Of a stretch of 64,000 nt of DNA, positions 1 through 14,915 are shown one piece after another. The stretch covers positions 108,314,001 through 108,378,000 of the forward strand of contig OZ024744.1 in the NCBI GenBank assembly GCA_964016885.1, given 5' to 3'. How positions within the stretch are numbered: position 1 is the stretch's first letter; each line of letters begins with the position of its first letter. The notes below the pieces were generated by a model. That model worked only from the letters and a program-made list of their open reading frames with translations, made no database searches and was not told the DNA's origin. A program made the translations under genes and the position numbers. Source of the stretch: Eledone cirrhosa. Taxonomy: Eukaryota.

Positions 1-2338
1 CAGTTGGTTATCTTTTTGGCCTGCCCCTTAAGAGTTTCAACTGTGATACTCAAATCAATTTGTTGGTGTGCTTGTTCACTAATCTCCCTTTGTACTGTCT
101 CAATCCACACTGCCTGGTCATTATGTTCAACATCCTGCTCCCATATTCCACTCCAGAATGTCTTAGTCTGTTCCGCCTCAGGGATCAAGTCGTTGCCTCT
201 TTCTTTCCCCTCAAGCTGTCCAAACAACATCTATTCTTATACTGCCTAATCTTTGCACTCTTTGCTACAATGCGTTGCTTCAGTTCCTCTATGATAATAT
301 TTAGCTTTTTCTCCTAGTTTTGTACTTTATTTCCAATCTATCTTTAGTGTCTATGTTTTGTAGTGTCCCATTCAGTAGGGACTCAAGCTTTCCAATATCA
401 TATCTCATTTTTGACCATTCAGTCGTTTCTTCCACCAAGGTTCTGATCTATCTTGTTTGTTGTTTCCTCTCGTTTTTATGCCAAGTAATTTCCTCACCGC
501 ATTTGCTGTTGCTTTGAGGATATTGTTGCATTGGTGAAGGCTCCTCGCCTCAAGGTATGGGATGACTTTGTTTACCTTAGTTGTTGTTTCTTTTAACTTT
601 TTCCTGTCTACGAATCTTAGGTTCATAGGTTTCCCACTTAGGATATCAACCAAATCTTGTCCTAGCCCGTCAGCATTCATTTCCTCAATGGCCGTATCTT
701 TGATCCAGATGTTATTTATCTCAGCATTCAGATCATTGTCTGCTTTGGGTGGTTCCTCCGTTCTCTCGACCTCTTCACCTTCATTTCCCACTGGCTCATT
801 TGCCTGGCATACTCCACTCTCCATCTCCAAGCTAATATCTCTGCTCAGTTCCTCCAGTTCCAGCTCGCTTATCCACCCATTAGTTCTTATTACCCGAGCC
901 TGCCCAGCCAATTTTTGTTCATCTAATTTAAATAGATCAATCTCGTTCCAGATGTTATGCATCCGTATCCTATAGCCTTTTTCCTTGGGGTTACTCTTCA
1001 GGTAACATTTCATGACAGTTTTATTCAATTCTTTCGTCCAGTTGGTTCTTGTCCCTTTCCTTCTTCTTCTTCCTCCAACACCAGCAGTATTTGGATGACA
1101 GCCAGGTCCCTGCTGCTGGGTCAGGTGTCACCTGCTGGATGAGAGTCTGTCACATGACGTTCCAGTCTCCTCTTCACCGTTATTCGAACTGTTTAGGTTC
1201 GACATTTAAACACTCATATCGAGGATTGGTGAATATATGGTTACATAAACACCGTTGATTTCATCACCCCCGGTGATTTTAGCGTGGCACCATCACGCTG
1301 TTTGACGAACATAAATAAACAAATAAATAGATGAAAACTTAAAAAAATAAACATAAGTTTCATTGTAATGTTTGAATGTCTGACTTAGTTTTTTTTGTTT
1401 GTTTGTTTGTTTTTTCCTTTACGTTTTTCGTTTTTCAAGGCCAGTAACATCGGTTACTAGTGATGTTGTTGCTGCTGCAGCTGCTGTTTTTGATTTTAGC
1501 TACGTGGGAAGTAGGGGTTGTTGCGTTCAAAACTTATTAAATTTGCTGTTGTTGGATTTGTTTTTGTCTGTGTTCTTTTCTATAATCTTTCGACTTGTTG
1601 CTTATTATTATGAGGTTAACTATGCCTTTCATCCTTACAGGGTCGATAAAATAAAGTACCAGCAATGCACTGTGTATTTGCTGGCCTTGTGCCTAAAGTA
1701 GAAACAATTATTATATTATAGTTTAGATTTGACATCGTTTAAACTAAACACTTTCAGAGAGTTTAGAGATACAACAACAATTATTATTTTGGTGTTGTTG
1801 TTGTTGTTGTTGTTGTTAGCTGTTTGACCGGGACACTAAATCAGTCTATTTATATCTTTTGATGCCTTCCTCGTTTCTATTCATGTGTAGTGACACTACT
1901 ACCATCCCTCTCTTAACAGGAGGTAGTGAGGGAATAGTGGTGGTAGCGATGAAGCAGTGGTGGCGGTGGTGATGGGATAGTAGTACTATAGTGATGGTGT
2001 TGCTGCAGCCGTTGGTTTGTACTTTGTTTGTGGTAGTGGTGATGGTGACGGAGCCTGTGGTGGTGATGGTGGCGGCGGCGGCGGTTAAATTATTTGGCTG
2101 TTGTTTGTAACCATATTCTTTTTTTACTATAAAATTTCTGATACAAAATTAAATATTAAATATTGGAGCCCTATGCCATAATGTGATGCGTTGTCACTTC
2201 CTGAGAGCTAAGACTGGTATCTTATGTTCCATTTGTAATAAGAATTATTCCATCACGATTGTTTTAAATATGTAAAAAATCAAAAACTTACGGGAGCGAT
2301 TCCATAACACTCTATCCACCACGTACGTATCTTCCCTC
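1..2338 (-). mobile_element. R4/Dong-clade non-LTR retrotransposon, family B; 5' part, degenerate, continues beyond window start
   Basis: ORF 405-1028 closely matches the N-terminus of 43566-46958 (…MHNIWNEI…KLAGQARVIRTNGWISELELEELSR). The 5' end GAATCGCTCCCGTAAGTTTTTGA (minus strand, ~2280-2302) matches the other Dong 5' ends and abuts (TAA)n. Confidence 0.9.
1610..1712 (+). mobile_element. tRNA-derived SINE, 3' fragment, inside the Dong 5' leader
   Basis: GCCTTTCATCCTTACAGGGTCGATAAAATAAAGTACC…GCTGGCCTTGTGCCTAAAGTAGAAACAATT; same family as 11991-12184. Confidence 0.8.
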
Positions 2339-2348
2339 TATTATTATT

Positions 2349-3726
2349 ATGGGCCGAGAGGAAGCTGTCCTTGAAAGGCCGGGCGGAGGTGGCGAATGCG
2401 TACATCGCATCCGTCATTTGCTACCGCCTCACCGTCGTCCCTTGCCCCGACCCAACTCTCACCAAAATGGAGCGCCTCCTCTTCCGCTTTTTGTGGAAGG
2501 GACGCGCTCCCATGGTCAGACGATCCATCTGCGTTGCGTGCAGGACTGGGCATGCCATGACTGATGATGCGCAAACATGCGCTGAGGCTGCGACATCTCT
2601 GGTGCTTCCTTGATGGTGAACAGGTGTGGTCGCCGTTCGCCAGGCACGTTTTCCCACAGCTCGTCTCCTTGAGGGAGCTCCAGTCCTGGGTCAGAAAAAG
2701 ACCGAGGGATAGCGCTTGGAAACTGGAATGTCTCCAGGCGCTCACTGCCCTCTTCCAGCTGGGCACCAGTATCGGTGGAACATTCACCTCAGCCTTCTAT
2801 AGAGGACTAGTGGAGGGGAAGAGCGACGACATTCTCGGAGAGATCCTGGGCGTCGAAGAAGATCAGCTGTTTGCTCTCTTCCGGAGTACTTTCAGCCCGG
2901 GGCCTATGGATAACTTCCAAAAATCCCTGGCCTGGCAATGCTACCGGGGAGCGCTGCCGGTTCGAGATAAGCTCTACAGGCACGGAAGTGCCGTCAGCCG
3001 AGCCTATCCGAGATGCGCGCAGAGCGACGAAACCGTCGTGCATGCACTCGTTCAGTGCCCGAGCATTGCTGACTTGTGGAGCTATGTCGAACAGTTGCTG
3101 TCGCGTGTGGGACTGATCCGGTTGTCGACTGAGTCCATTGTGCAGATGGTCTCGCCGTCTTCCTTCGAGGAGGAAGGACAGGCGGTTTTCATCTGCCTGG
3201 TGGCCATGGGGAAAGAGATTGCGTGGTGGACAAGGTTAAAAGGGTTAAAGACAGAAACTTTCCTCTTCAGCGAATCCCTAATTAACTTTTTCAAGTTTCA
3301 CTTGAAGAGGAAAATCAGGGTGGAGAGGCAAGTGCTGCCTTCTAGCAAGTTTGTTGAAAGGTGGGTGAATGTAGCGAGAATGGTCCGAGTGAACGGGACC
3401 ACTCTGAATATACGCTTGTAGTTTGAGAGATGGAAAAATTGAGAGAGGGCGCTTGCCCTGGTGGGCAGGGTGGCCGTGGTCTTTTGTGTGGTTTTCGTCA
3501 CGAGTAACCCTCGGAGGTTTCCCCCCTATTGGGGAATTTTTCATTGTTTCAATTTTCATTTTTATTGTTTATATATATATATGTTTCTATGTCCTTTTTT
3601 TCTTCTTTTCTTATATAAATAATAAAAATATTTACACGCACAAAACCCACATCGTACCGTCCTGTACCGTCCTGTGCCGTCTGTAATGTTTTTCTTGATG
3701 TCAGCCCTTGTGGCCAATAAAGAAAT
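2349..3726 (+). mobile_element. L1/Tx1-clade LINE, 5'-truncated 3' fragment
   Basis: ORFs 2371-2613 and 2564-3421 (KGRAEVAN, MMRKHALRLRHL, RC…ETVVHALVQC zf-RVT-like motif) are homologous to 26343-28193. Ends AATAAAGAAATC-(ATT)n; 5' flank is TATTATTAT. Confidence 0.9.
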
Positions 3727-3802
3727 CATTATTATTATTATTGCTCTTTGAGTCTCAGTCATTGATGATATTCATTTCAACAAACTTTCTAGTTAAATAA
3801 CA

Positions 3803-5100
3803 TTATTATTATTATTACAGCTGCATTTATCTTGCTTTATGTTCATACGAGTTATCACCAAGTCACAACCAGTGACCTCAAGAGACAACAAGGTCCGCCA
3901 TGTTCAAGAAAGAACATACATATTCACACATGCATCTTTAGTGTTTAGACTTGTGATGTACTTATATTGACAGAATCTTCCTTAGTATATGGGTAGTTCC
4001 CATTAGTACTATCTTTTTTATTTCATCTATACGCGGGTTTCCTGGGATTTGCGATAAGTAATCATTAGACCCCTTAGGTATCATTCCTAGAGCACCTACA
4101 ACCACTGGTATTGTTTTAGTTCTCAATTTCCACATTTTTCCAATTTCTATCTCCAGGTCCTTATACTTGCTCAATTTTTCAAATGTTTTTATAGATACAT
4201 TCTTGTGTATTTGAAAGGACATATCAATTAGCAGGCATACCCTCTTTTTAAAGTCCTTCAATATTATATTAGGTCTATTTGCATCTATTTTTCGGTCTGT
4301 TTGGATGCTAAAGTTCCACAAGATTGAGATGTGATCTTTTTCAAGTATGGGAGGTGGTTGATGCTCCCACCAATTCTTTTGATGGGGCAGGTCAAAATGC
4401 TTACACATTATCCAATGTATGTATTATGCAGCTCTGTCATGCCTGTTTAGGTATTCGATTGTTAGCTCGTTCTGGGTATTTTCCATACAGAGGCTTTTCT
4501 TGCCATTTCTTAGCCAGTTTCTGTAGCAGTTCTTTCTTTGCAGTTACTTTTACCTGCTTTGCTTTTTCTGTGTTTTCCATTTCAGCAGTAAATGGGACTT
4601 CTGAAATTTTTAGTCCATTACTGTATCTTTATGCATCTTTTGTAATGGAGTATGATCTTTTGATGCTTTCGTGTTTCAAAACGAGTTTGATCATCCAATC
4701 ATGTGATTCCCTTAGATATGTAGATAATCCAATTGTTGCAGTTTTCAACGCAATATCTAACTAGATTAACCCACGTCCCCCTTCTTTCCTAGGGAGATAT
4801 AATCTATCTGTATCTCCCTTAGGGTGATGCATTCTGTGCATGGTTAAGCATTTTCTAATTTTTGTATCGAGCCTACGGATCTCTGTGCTTGACCAGTTGA
4901 TGACATTGTAACTGTAGGTTACTACTGGTATGGCAAGCGTGTTTATGGCATCGATCCTATTCCTTGCATTCAATTCCGTTCTTAAGATTGCTCTTACTCT
5001 GCGGTAACATTCCTTCCTTATCCTTTCCCTCATTGTCGAGTGCTTGATTCCGTCTCCTTCACAAACACCTAGGTATTTGTAAGTTTTTCCTTGATCAATT
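3803..5100 (-). mobile_element. R4/Dong family A, 5'-truncated copy with internal deletion and (TAA)n tail
   Basis: ORFs 4761-5135 and 3962-4408 are near-identical to the C-terminal part of 39911-42298 (YKYLG…, RLE domain, KYKDLEIE). The 3' UTR matches 42299-42443. Confidence 0.92.
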
Positions 5101-5106
5101 ATTATT

Positions 5107-8100
5107 CCAAGGGGAAAACGAGGAAAGCCCGCCAACTCTCCTTACCCCTCCAATTATACACATAGACACAGATACACTCACAGCCACAGACCATTTGTCT
5201 TCCAGCAGTGAAGATGTAGGAAAACCCAAAAGTGCCAAAAAACAAAAGAGAAAAGTCACAAAAAAGCCCCAACAAACACAAAAACGTACACAACAAAGAA
5301 TACAGACACCACTAACGAAAACACTTCCCCAATAACATCAGCACCAACATCAACATCAACACCGCCCCCACAATCTCCGAAACGCAAACAACCTAAACAA
5401 ACACAAGAACAAATAAACACTCAGACACCTGAAATTGCAGACACCACACCTACAACAAAAAAACAGACATACCCGAAACAACACCACTAAAACTATCACC
5501 ACCACAGTCACCAAAACGAAAACAAATAAAACCATACCAACAAAACATTAAAAACTTCGTGCTTGTCAGAAGGGCCAACGATAAATTGATGGCCCTCTTA
5601 GCACGAAGCGGGGACATCCAAACAGAGGGGGAGATCTTTGAATTGAACACATTTTGCATGCCACAAGATTTGTTTCTGGTGCGAATGTCGCTAGATTCCT
5701 ACAAAGAAATTCGAGAGAGCTTTGCTCAAGACGTGGGAACCCCGAACGTGAAACCCACATCAAGTCTTTTAAAGGGGTTCCCAAAAGAAATCCCACCAAC
5801 CATGGAGGTCGAACCACCCGACCTACACAAGACTCCGGGAGGTAAGTAAACCTTCCCTCTCTCTCTTTTAGCTTGTCAACATGACTATATTAAGAGTATG
5901 AAGTTTAAATGTTCGCGGCCTGGGGTCACCCTGGAAGCAGGGTCGCCTGCTCAACGACCTCAGATCTCTGGAAATGGATGTGATTGCCGTCAGCGAGACC
6001 TGGATTTCCGACTCGCGCGCACTAGCCCCCATTTTCGACGACTATCAGATCCTCGCATCTGTTAGCAGGCCGGGAATGGGGTGTGGAGTGGCAGTGCTGT
6101 TTAGGAAAGGTCTGGATCTCGAGGTAAGGTCGATATTCCGGGATCCGGACGGTAAGTTGGTTGTCCTGGACATGAGCAACAGCGAAGGTGATGCCTTTAG
6201 ACTGGTGGCTGTCTATGCCCCTACTGGGGCCGGGCTACCGGACTTCTTTAGGTGCCTGGAAACCTTTCTGGGTACGTCTCGCCCTCTACTGTTATCGGGG
6301 GGACTGGAACGGCATCTTAGACGCACTCTGGGATTGAGTGGGAGTAGGTGATAGGAGCGGGGGGGGGGGGTGCAAAAGCTTCAAACACCTACTCAGCCAG
6401 TTTCAACTGTCTGACAGGTATCGACTAGATTTCCCCAATGCGCCAGCGTGGACGTGGACCAACCGCATAGGGTCATCTAGATTGTATATAGACAGGATCT
6501 TCATTAGGAAAATAGATAGAAATAGTGTCGGCTGCCCAATTTTTAAAACGGTCCCTTATTCAGATCACAAATTTGTGATCTGTTTAGTCGACTTAGATAA
6601 AACGCGTAGGTTGGGACCGGGTTACTGGAAGCTGAACATGTCATTTCCGGCACGTAAGGCTTACAGGGACCGAGTCAACAATTTAGTTAAGCAAAAGTTG
6701 ACAGGGGGGATCAGCAACAACAGATGGTGGGGGGCTCTCAAAAGAGAGATTAGAGTAACTTCGATAGAGTTCAGCAAAGAACTAGCGTTAGAGAAAAATA
6801 GAAAGGAGGAGGAGTTGGTAGATAAGTTAGACGAGGCTATCGGTAGTGGCATTGCAACTGATGTGCTAGCGGCGAGAATGGCATTAGACCATTTCTTCAA
6901 TGCGAAACACGAAGGTTGCATTGTCAGAGCTAAGGCGCGTGCGCTGAGAAACGAGGGAACCAAAGCTGTTCGATGGGCCCGCGTTATGGAGGTGCAGCGT
7001 GGTAATAAAACCACAATTCGGTCTTTGGCGGACCGAGACGACAGGAGATAAGCGATTCCAAGCGGATGTGTGAGGCCTTTCGCCAGCACTTTTCTGGGTT
7101 GTTCGGGGGAGAGTGACAAGTCAGAGAGAGTAGCGGATTTCAGTCCCTACCTTGACGGCTTGCCGCGCATCTCGACGGTCGACGCTGAGCGCTGCGAAAG
7201 GCCGATTACTTCAGCCGAAATTCAGGACGCCCTTGTCGACTGCATGAGGTGCACATCACTGGGTTCGGATGGGCTGCCCTACAAGCTTTACGTAAATATG
7301 CCAGACGTGTTCCGATCTCCTCGAAGCACTCTACTGCAACTGGCAGGAGAAGGGAGTATTCCCAGTTCTGTGAGCAGGGAAGTGGTGACGCTGATAAGGA
7401 AAGACGAGAACAAGAGGGATACATTAGACAACTTCAGGCCGATAACTCTGCTCAACACAGAGTTTAAGATTTTGGCCAATGTATTATCAAAAAGATTAGC
7501 GCTTGTCGTCGAGGATTTTATTGGGGTGGGGGTGGGGGGGACTTGTGCAATCCCAGTCAGGTCCATACACGAAAATCTCCACCTCATGCGATACATCATA
7601 GAGAGAGTTGAGTGTAAACCTGGCTTCGGTGGGGCACTGTTCAAGTTAGATCAATCGAAAGCATTCGATAGGGTCGACCATCGGTATCTGGAGTTTGTCC
7701 TCAAAGCAGCTGGCTTCGGCCCTGTCTTCAGAAGCTGGATCGCTGCAATGCACAGCGGCACACACTCGGGGGTCAGGTTAATGGCCACCTCTCGGAACCA
7801 TTTCGGCTCACCCGATCGGTCCGTCAAGGGTGCCCTCTCTCTTCCCTTCTGTACGTATTGACTCTCGAGCCTTTACTGCGGAAGTTGGAGCTGTTGCAGG
7901 GCATCCCGCTCTAACCGGGATGTGGAAAGGCAGTGTCGGCTTATGCGGACGACATCACCGTCATGGTGTCGAACACCTCAGAAATCGAAGTGGTTGGCAC
8001 CTTATTGAAGGAATATGAAAGGTTGACAGGAGTAAAACTTAACCCGGAAAAGTCGGTGGGCTTGCAGCTCGGAATCTGGAGAGGCAAGCCCATGCCGTCC

Positions 8101-8108
8101 AACAGTGG
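5107..8108 (+). mobile_element. L1/Tx1-clade LINE: ORF1 C-terminus, APE and RT; frameshifted and truncated at both ends
   Basis: DVIAVSETW, VYAP, YSDH (APE); NFRPITLL, KAFDRVDH, YADD (RT) in ORFs 5974-8148. ORF2 ATG at 5881. Confidence 0.9.
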
Positions 8109-9386
8109 TGCCTCTTCCTGGTACAAACCCAAACTGCATCTCATCTAGTTTCACCCGGTCCCTAATCAATTGTGCTATAACTCTTTCTGTTACTTTCATG
8201 ACCTGGCCCATCAGCTTTATACCTCTATAGTTTCCTCTATCTAGTGCATCACCTTTACCTTTGTAGCAGTTGACAATGATTCTACTGCACCAATCCTTTG
8301 GTATGACACCTTCTAGTATTACCTGGTTAACAATACGTGTAGTTATAGTGTAACCTACCGACCCAGATGCCTTCAGCATCTCGGCAGCTATACCCAATGG
8401 ACCGGTTGCCTTTCCCATCTTCATATCTTTGATTGCCTTACTTACTACGTTGCTGCTGACTTGTACTGCTGGCCCCTCTATAGGGTCTACTTGGGGTAGG
8501 GTCTCTTCTTCCCATGCATTCTCCTCATTTAGTAATCTATCATAATGGCTCTTCCACGCATCTTTTTTCTCAGCATTTATGAGGGCAAACTCACCTTTGT
8601 AATTCCGGATACACTTCTCTCCAATGACATCACAATTCTCTCTAACACACTGCCTCGCAATCTTGAACACTTCCTGTTTCTGGTCCTCACATTGCAAAAC
8701 ATGCTTGAATTTTCTATCCTCTGCTTCCCTCCTAGCTAAGTATACTTGTCACCTAGCTTCCCTCCTGGTCTCTATGTAATGTACCCTGCTTCCCCCGTTC
8801 TTCCATTCTTTCCATGTCTGTCTCTTGGCCTTAACTGCCTCATCTACCTTATTGTTCCACCACCAAGTCACTCTCCTCCTGCTTGAGGTCTTACTCCAGC
8901 CACAGACCTCATCTGTCGCCTCTAGTAAGTTATTGTTTAGGAACTCCCAGTGCTCTTCTACATTGAATGTCTCTATCTGTTCTTCTTTACTGTCATAGGC
9001 GTCGAGTAAAATATCTTTAAATCTGTTACTGGCTGAGGGGTCTTTCAGCTTCCAGATCTTTCTTCTCCAGGATGGCCTCTGTTTCCAGGTTCGTCTAGGT
9101 CTGACCGTGAGGTCGCTGACAACTAAGCTATGTTGGGAGGTACATTCCTCACTAGGGAAGGCTTTTGTGTTTACGACCGTCCATCTGTCACGTCCTCTGA
9201 TGAGGATAAAATCTATCTGACTAGAATGCTACCCTGATCTATCGGTGATCAGGTGGTTGTCGGGTTTTTTGAAGTTTGTGTTACATATCGACATGTCATT
9301 GGCGTCGCAGAATTCTAGAATCCTGAATCCTTCTTCATTTCTTGTGCCAAACCCATGGCCTCCATGGATTCTATTGAAGCCGTCAC

Positions 9387-9387
<1 letters not shown>
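8105..9387 (-). mobile_element. RTE-clade LINE fragment (APE C-terminus to RT N-terminus)
   Basis: ORF 8002-8697 contains KGKGDALDRGNYRGIKL…QFGFVPGRGTT. Upstream minus-strand translation gives HGFG.RN.EG…QIDFIL and WWN motifs. Confidence 0.85.

Positions 9388-10757
<1,370 letters not shown>

Positions 10758-10833
<76 letters not shown>
10758..10833. repeat. (GA)n microsatellite
   Basis: Seen directly in sequence. Confidence 0.95.
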
Positions 10834-10835
<2 letters not shown>

Positions 10836-11990
10836 GAATCGACATGGGAACGGACGAAGTGCGTGCTTTTGGGTTCTTCATCCGTTCCCCTGTGAGTACC
10901 AATTCACCCGGACCGGTCTGCGCAGGAGCATGTCCGAAGTAAGTTGACCATTAGCTACCGCAGATTTCAACGAAATTCGCTTAGTCAGTTCACCCTCTCA
11001 GCCAAACAATGACCCACTTAGGCCTGTACAATAGTTTACTGCTACCCGTCCCGACTGTGGCAGTCAGCCGAAAGCCAGAGGGGATGGGAGAGTGTTAGTT
11101 TTTACAGGTCACAATACTACCTCTCACCAAGCATGGACAGTACGACTGACCATCAACTCCCAAGAGAAAATATACTTAATTCTAGGTATCATGGTTTTAC
11201 ATTGGGAGTTATGAGTGAGAGTTGGAAATAAAAATTAAAATCCTAAATCAAAAATTATAAATTAAACAATTAAAAAATTAACAATTAGAAATTAAAAAAA
11301 TGTTTCAAGTGAGAATCCGGATTGAGGTGAGTAAAAAAACATTGAAGTGAGTAAATAATATGGAGAGAGATGTTTAAGTAAGAAGTTCTGAGAGGGGTTC
11401 CAATGTCACAGTTACACTACCCACATATTGAACGACAGTGCCGTACATTAGAATGGAGGGTAAACTACAGTATTCAAGGCAGTAGTCAATCTGGTACACA
11501 GTCATAATTTCCATCACATGGAACAAAACCAAAGAAAAACAGATATAAAGTACACAAAAGAAAAGAACCAATAATGAATAAATGTAAAAACACAGAGTAC
11601 ATATATGCAAAATGATCCATATGATTGTCAATTTGTCAATGTTTAGATTGAATTGAGGGGGCTTCTGTTCAAAAGCGATTTGGTGCAGGAAAATAGGGGT
11701 TTATCTTAGTTTTTGTAAAATAGGAAAATAACCTGCCGAAAGTTGCTATTATGTCCGTCCAGTGTCAGGGGTTTCCATCCCCATGGTAGAGGGTATTCCA
11801 GGGGTAGCTCATGGTTGGTTCCTCTCTTCTCCACCATATCGGTTACATCATAGAGCGCTCAACTAATTGGAGCTAAATTCTTAGGGTAAATATTGATGCA
11901 ATTCAATTCAAGCACTCAACGTACTTTTTCCACATAGGAGTGACGGAGTAAATATCGAAGTAGTTTCAGATTTTCAAGTCCTTTAATAAT

Positions 11991-12184
11991 AATTGTTTCT
12001 ACTTTTGGCACAAGGCCAGCAATTATCCCAGTGCATTACTGGTACTTTTTTTTATCGACCCCCGTAAGGATGAAAGGCAAAGTTAACCTCGGCGGGATTT
12101 GAACTCAGAATGGCAAGGGCCGTAACTCTATGCGTCAGAGCATGGCGTCCGACCCTCTACCGATACTGCCAATCCACCTCCTTG
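11991..12184 (-). mobile_element. Full-length tRNA-derived SINE (Meta-domain-like core) with TSD TTAATAATAAT
   Basis: A-box-like TGGCAGTATCGG, B-box GAGTTCAAATCCC, core GCCTTTCATCCTTACGGGGGTCGATAAA. Absent from the homologous site near 34820. Confidence 0.85.
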
Positions 12185-12198
12185 TCATTAATAATAAT

Positions 12199-12272
12199 GC
12201 TGTGATATATATTTCAATGACGACACTGGCCACACTGTTCTGTGTGCGAGTGTCGTGACCTCATCAGACAGC
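12199..12272 (-). ncRNA. Type I hammerhead ribozyme
   Basis: Minus strand: GCUGU-CUGAUGA-[stem II ACGACACU/AGUGUCGU]-GAAA-UAUAUA-UC-ACAGC. Stem I is GCUGU/ACAGC. Confidence 0.8.
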
Positions 12273-13653
12273 TTGCTACATAATAAGGTTATGTTTCCGA
12301 GGCAATCCAAGTTGAATCGACATGGGAACGGACGAAGTGCGTGCTTTCTATGTAACAAGCCATTCTGAGTTCAAATCCCGCCGAGGTTAACTTTGCCTTT
12401 CATCCTTACGGGGGTCGATAAAAAAAAGTACCAGTAATGCACTGGGATAATTGCTGGCCTTGTGCCAAAAGTAGAAACAATTATTATTAAAGGACTTGAA
12501 AATCTGAAACTACTTCGATATTTACTCCGTCACTCCTATGTGGAAAAAGTACGTTGAGTGCTTGAATTGAATTGCATCAATATTTACCCTAAGAATTTAG
12601 CTCCAATTAGTTGAGCGCTCTATGATGTAACCGATATGGTGGAGAAGAGAGGAACCAACCATGAGCTACCCCTGGAAATTCCCTCTACCATGGGGATGGA
12701 AACCCCTGACACTGGACGAACATAGTAACTTTCGGCAGGATAAATACGCGGAAACAAAAACTAAGATAAACCCCTATTTTCCTGCACCAAATTGCTTTTG
12801 AACAGAAGCCCCCTCAATTCAATCTATACATGACAGATTGTTTTTGCATTTATTCATTATTGGTTCTTTTCTTTTGTGTACTTTATATCTGTTTTTCTTT
12901 GGTTTTGTTCCATGTGATGGAAATTATGACTGTGTACCAGATTGACTACTGCCTTGAATACTGTAGTTTACCCTCTGTTCTAATGTACGGCGCTGTCGTT
13001 CAATATGTGGGTAGTGTAACTGTGACATTGGAACCCCTCTCAGAACTTCTTACTAAAACATCTCTCTCCATATTATTTACTCACTTCAATGTTTTTTTAC
13101 TCACCTCAATCCGGATTCTCACTTGAAACATTTTTTTAATTTCTAATTGTTAATTTTTTAATTGTTTAATTTATAATTTTTGATTTAGGATTTTAATTTT
13201 TATTTCCAACTCTCACTCATAACTTCCAATGTAAAACCATGATACCTAGAATTAAGTATATTTTCTCTTGGTAGTTGATGGTCAGTCGTACTGTCCATGC
13301 TTGGTGAGAGGTAGTATTGTGACCTGTAAAAACTAACACTCTCCCATCCCCTCTGGCTTTCGGCTGACTGCCACAGTCGAGACGGGTAGCAGTAAACTAT
13401 TGCACAGGCCTAAGTGGGTCATTGTTTGGCTGAGAGGGTGAACTGACTAAGCGAATTTCGTTGAAATCTGCGGTAGCTAATGGTCAACTTCCTTCGGACA
13501 TGCGCTTGCGCAGACCGGTGGGTGTGAATTGGTACTCACAGCGGAACGGATGAAGAACCCAAAAGCACACACTTCGTCCGTTCCCATGTCGATTCAACTT
13601 GGATTGCCTCGGAAACATAACCTTATTATGTAACAAGCTATCTGTCATTTCAT

Positions 13654-13746
<93 letters not shown>

Positions 13747-13802
13747 GAAAGAGAGGAAGTGAGAAAGAGAGAGAGACACACAGACACACAGACACATATA
13801 TA

Positions 13803-14395
13803 TCTATATATATAAAACTGAGGATGTCTGTCTCTGTGTGAGTGAGTTTGAATCCCTAAAACTAGAGAACCACCCAACCGACTGTTTTCAAACTTTACAC
13901 ATGTAATACTTATGTTTCAGGGAGTGTTCTGAGCAAAAAAAAATGTCAAATGTTCAATGCCCTAGGGACCGCATTAGGCGATTTAGCGATCTCTCTCTAT
14001 AATTCTTAGTCTTTCTCTTTTTACTTAGATACATACATATAACGTCGTGCCCTTATAATATCTGTCTGTATGTCTGGCTGTCTGCATTACATCACTTTCT
14101 ACAATTCGCTCTGCGCCCAGAAGGCGCCCTTATAATATCTGCCTGCATGTCTGGCTGTCTGCTACCTCCGGTTATTCTGCCACCCTTGCTCAAGACAAAT
14201 CTCACACTCATTCCCCAAACAGTTGGTAAGTGCACACAACTTCTTCCTCACGTTTTAAGCCACAGTGTTGCTTACTTACGTACCACCAGACCCTTACTTC
14301 TCTGCCAGCCGTGGTTGTGGCAATACTAAGCTTAGCTAAGGCGGTTATATATTTCACAATACCTTATCCCGTGCAACGCCGGGTACCACTGCTAG
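13803..14395 (+). mobile_element. Non-autonomous Helitron
   Basis: 5' TC (TCTATATATATAAAACTG), 3' hairpin CCCGTGCAACGCCGGG followed by CTAG, inserted between A and T. Same termini as 20615-21544. Confidence 0.85.
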
Positions 14396-14594
14396 TATAT
14401 ATATATATATACATGTGTGTGTGTGTGTATACATCCTAGCCCTCTGATTGTCCTTTTCATTCATTTCTATATACATCTTTCTCTCTCTCCTCTTTCTCCC
14501 ACTCCCCTCTTTCCAACTTTCCCTCTCTCTGTATGTGTGTGTGTTTGTGTTAGTATATTTTTACATGTTCACGGCTGTTAGTAACGACCACAAA

Positions 14595-14915
14595 TATACA
14601 TACATACATACATACATACATACATACATACACACATACACACATACATACATACAGATATAGATAGATACATACATACATACATACATACATACATACA
14701 TACATACATACATACATACATTCATACATACATACATACATACATACATACATACATACATACATACATTCACACATTCATACATACATACATACATACA
14801 TACATACATACATACATACATACATACATACATACATAGTTAGATACATACATAGATACACATATATACATACACACATCCATAAATAGATACATAGATA
14901 CATAGATACATAGAT
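14595..14915. repeat. (TACA)n / (TAGATACA)n microsatellite
   Basis: Seen directly in sequence. Confidence 0.95.

Larger units (their letters stand above)
10833..13645. mobile_element. Non-coding hammerhead-containing element (~1.5-kb unit including a SINE) arranged as a large divergent inverted repeat
   Basis: 10833-12112 is the reverse complement of about 12360-13598. The unit start GTTGAATCGACATGGGAAC recurs at 10833 and 12311. Homologous to 34778-36278. Confidence 0.8.

Noticed and set aside
2349-8108. One Tx1 element split and permuted (5107-8108 ends about 40 codons before 2349 begins)
   Set aside because: Independent truncations explain it; each piece has its own microsatellite junction.
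9195-9230. CUGAUGA motifs near 9198 and 24406
   Set aside because: No stem II, GAAA or stem I; the first lies within RTE coding sequence.
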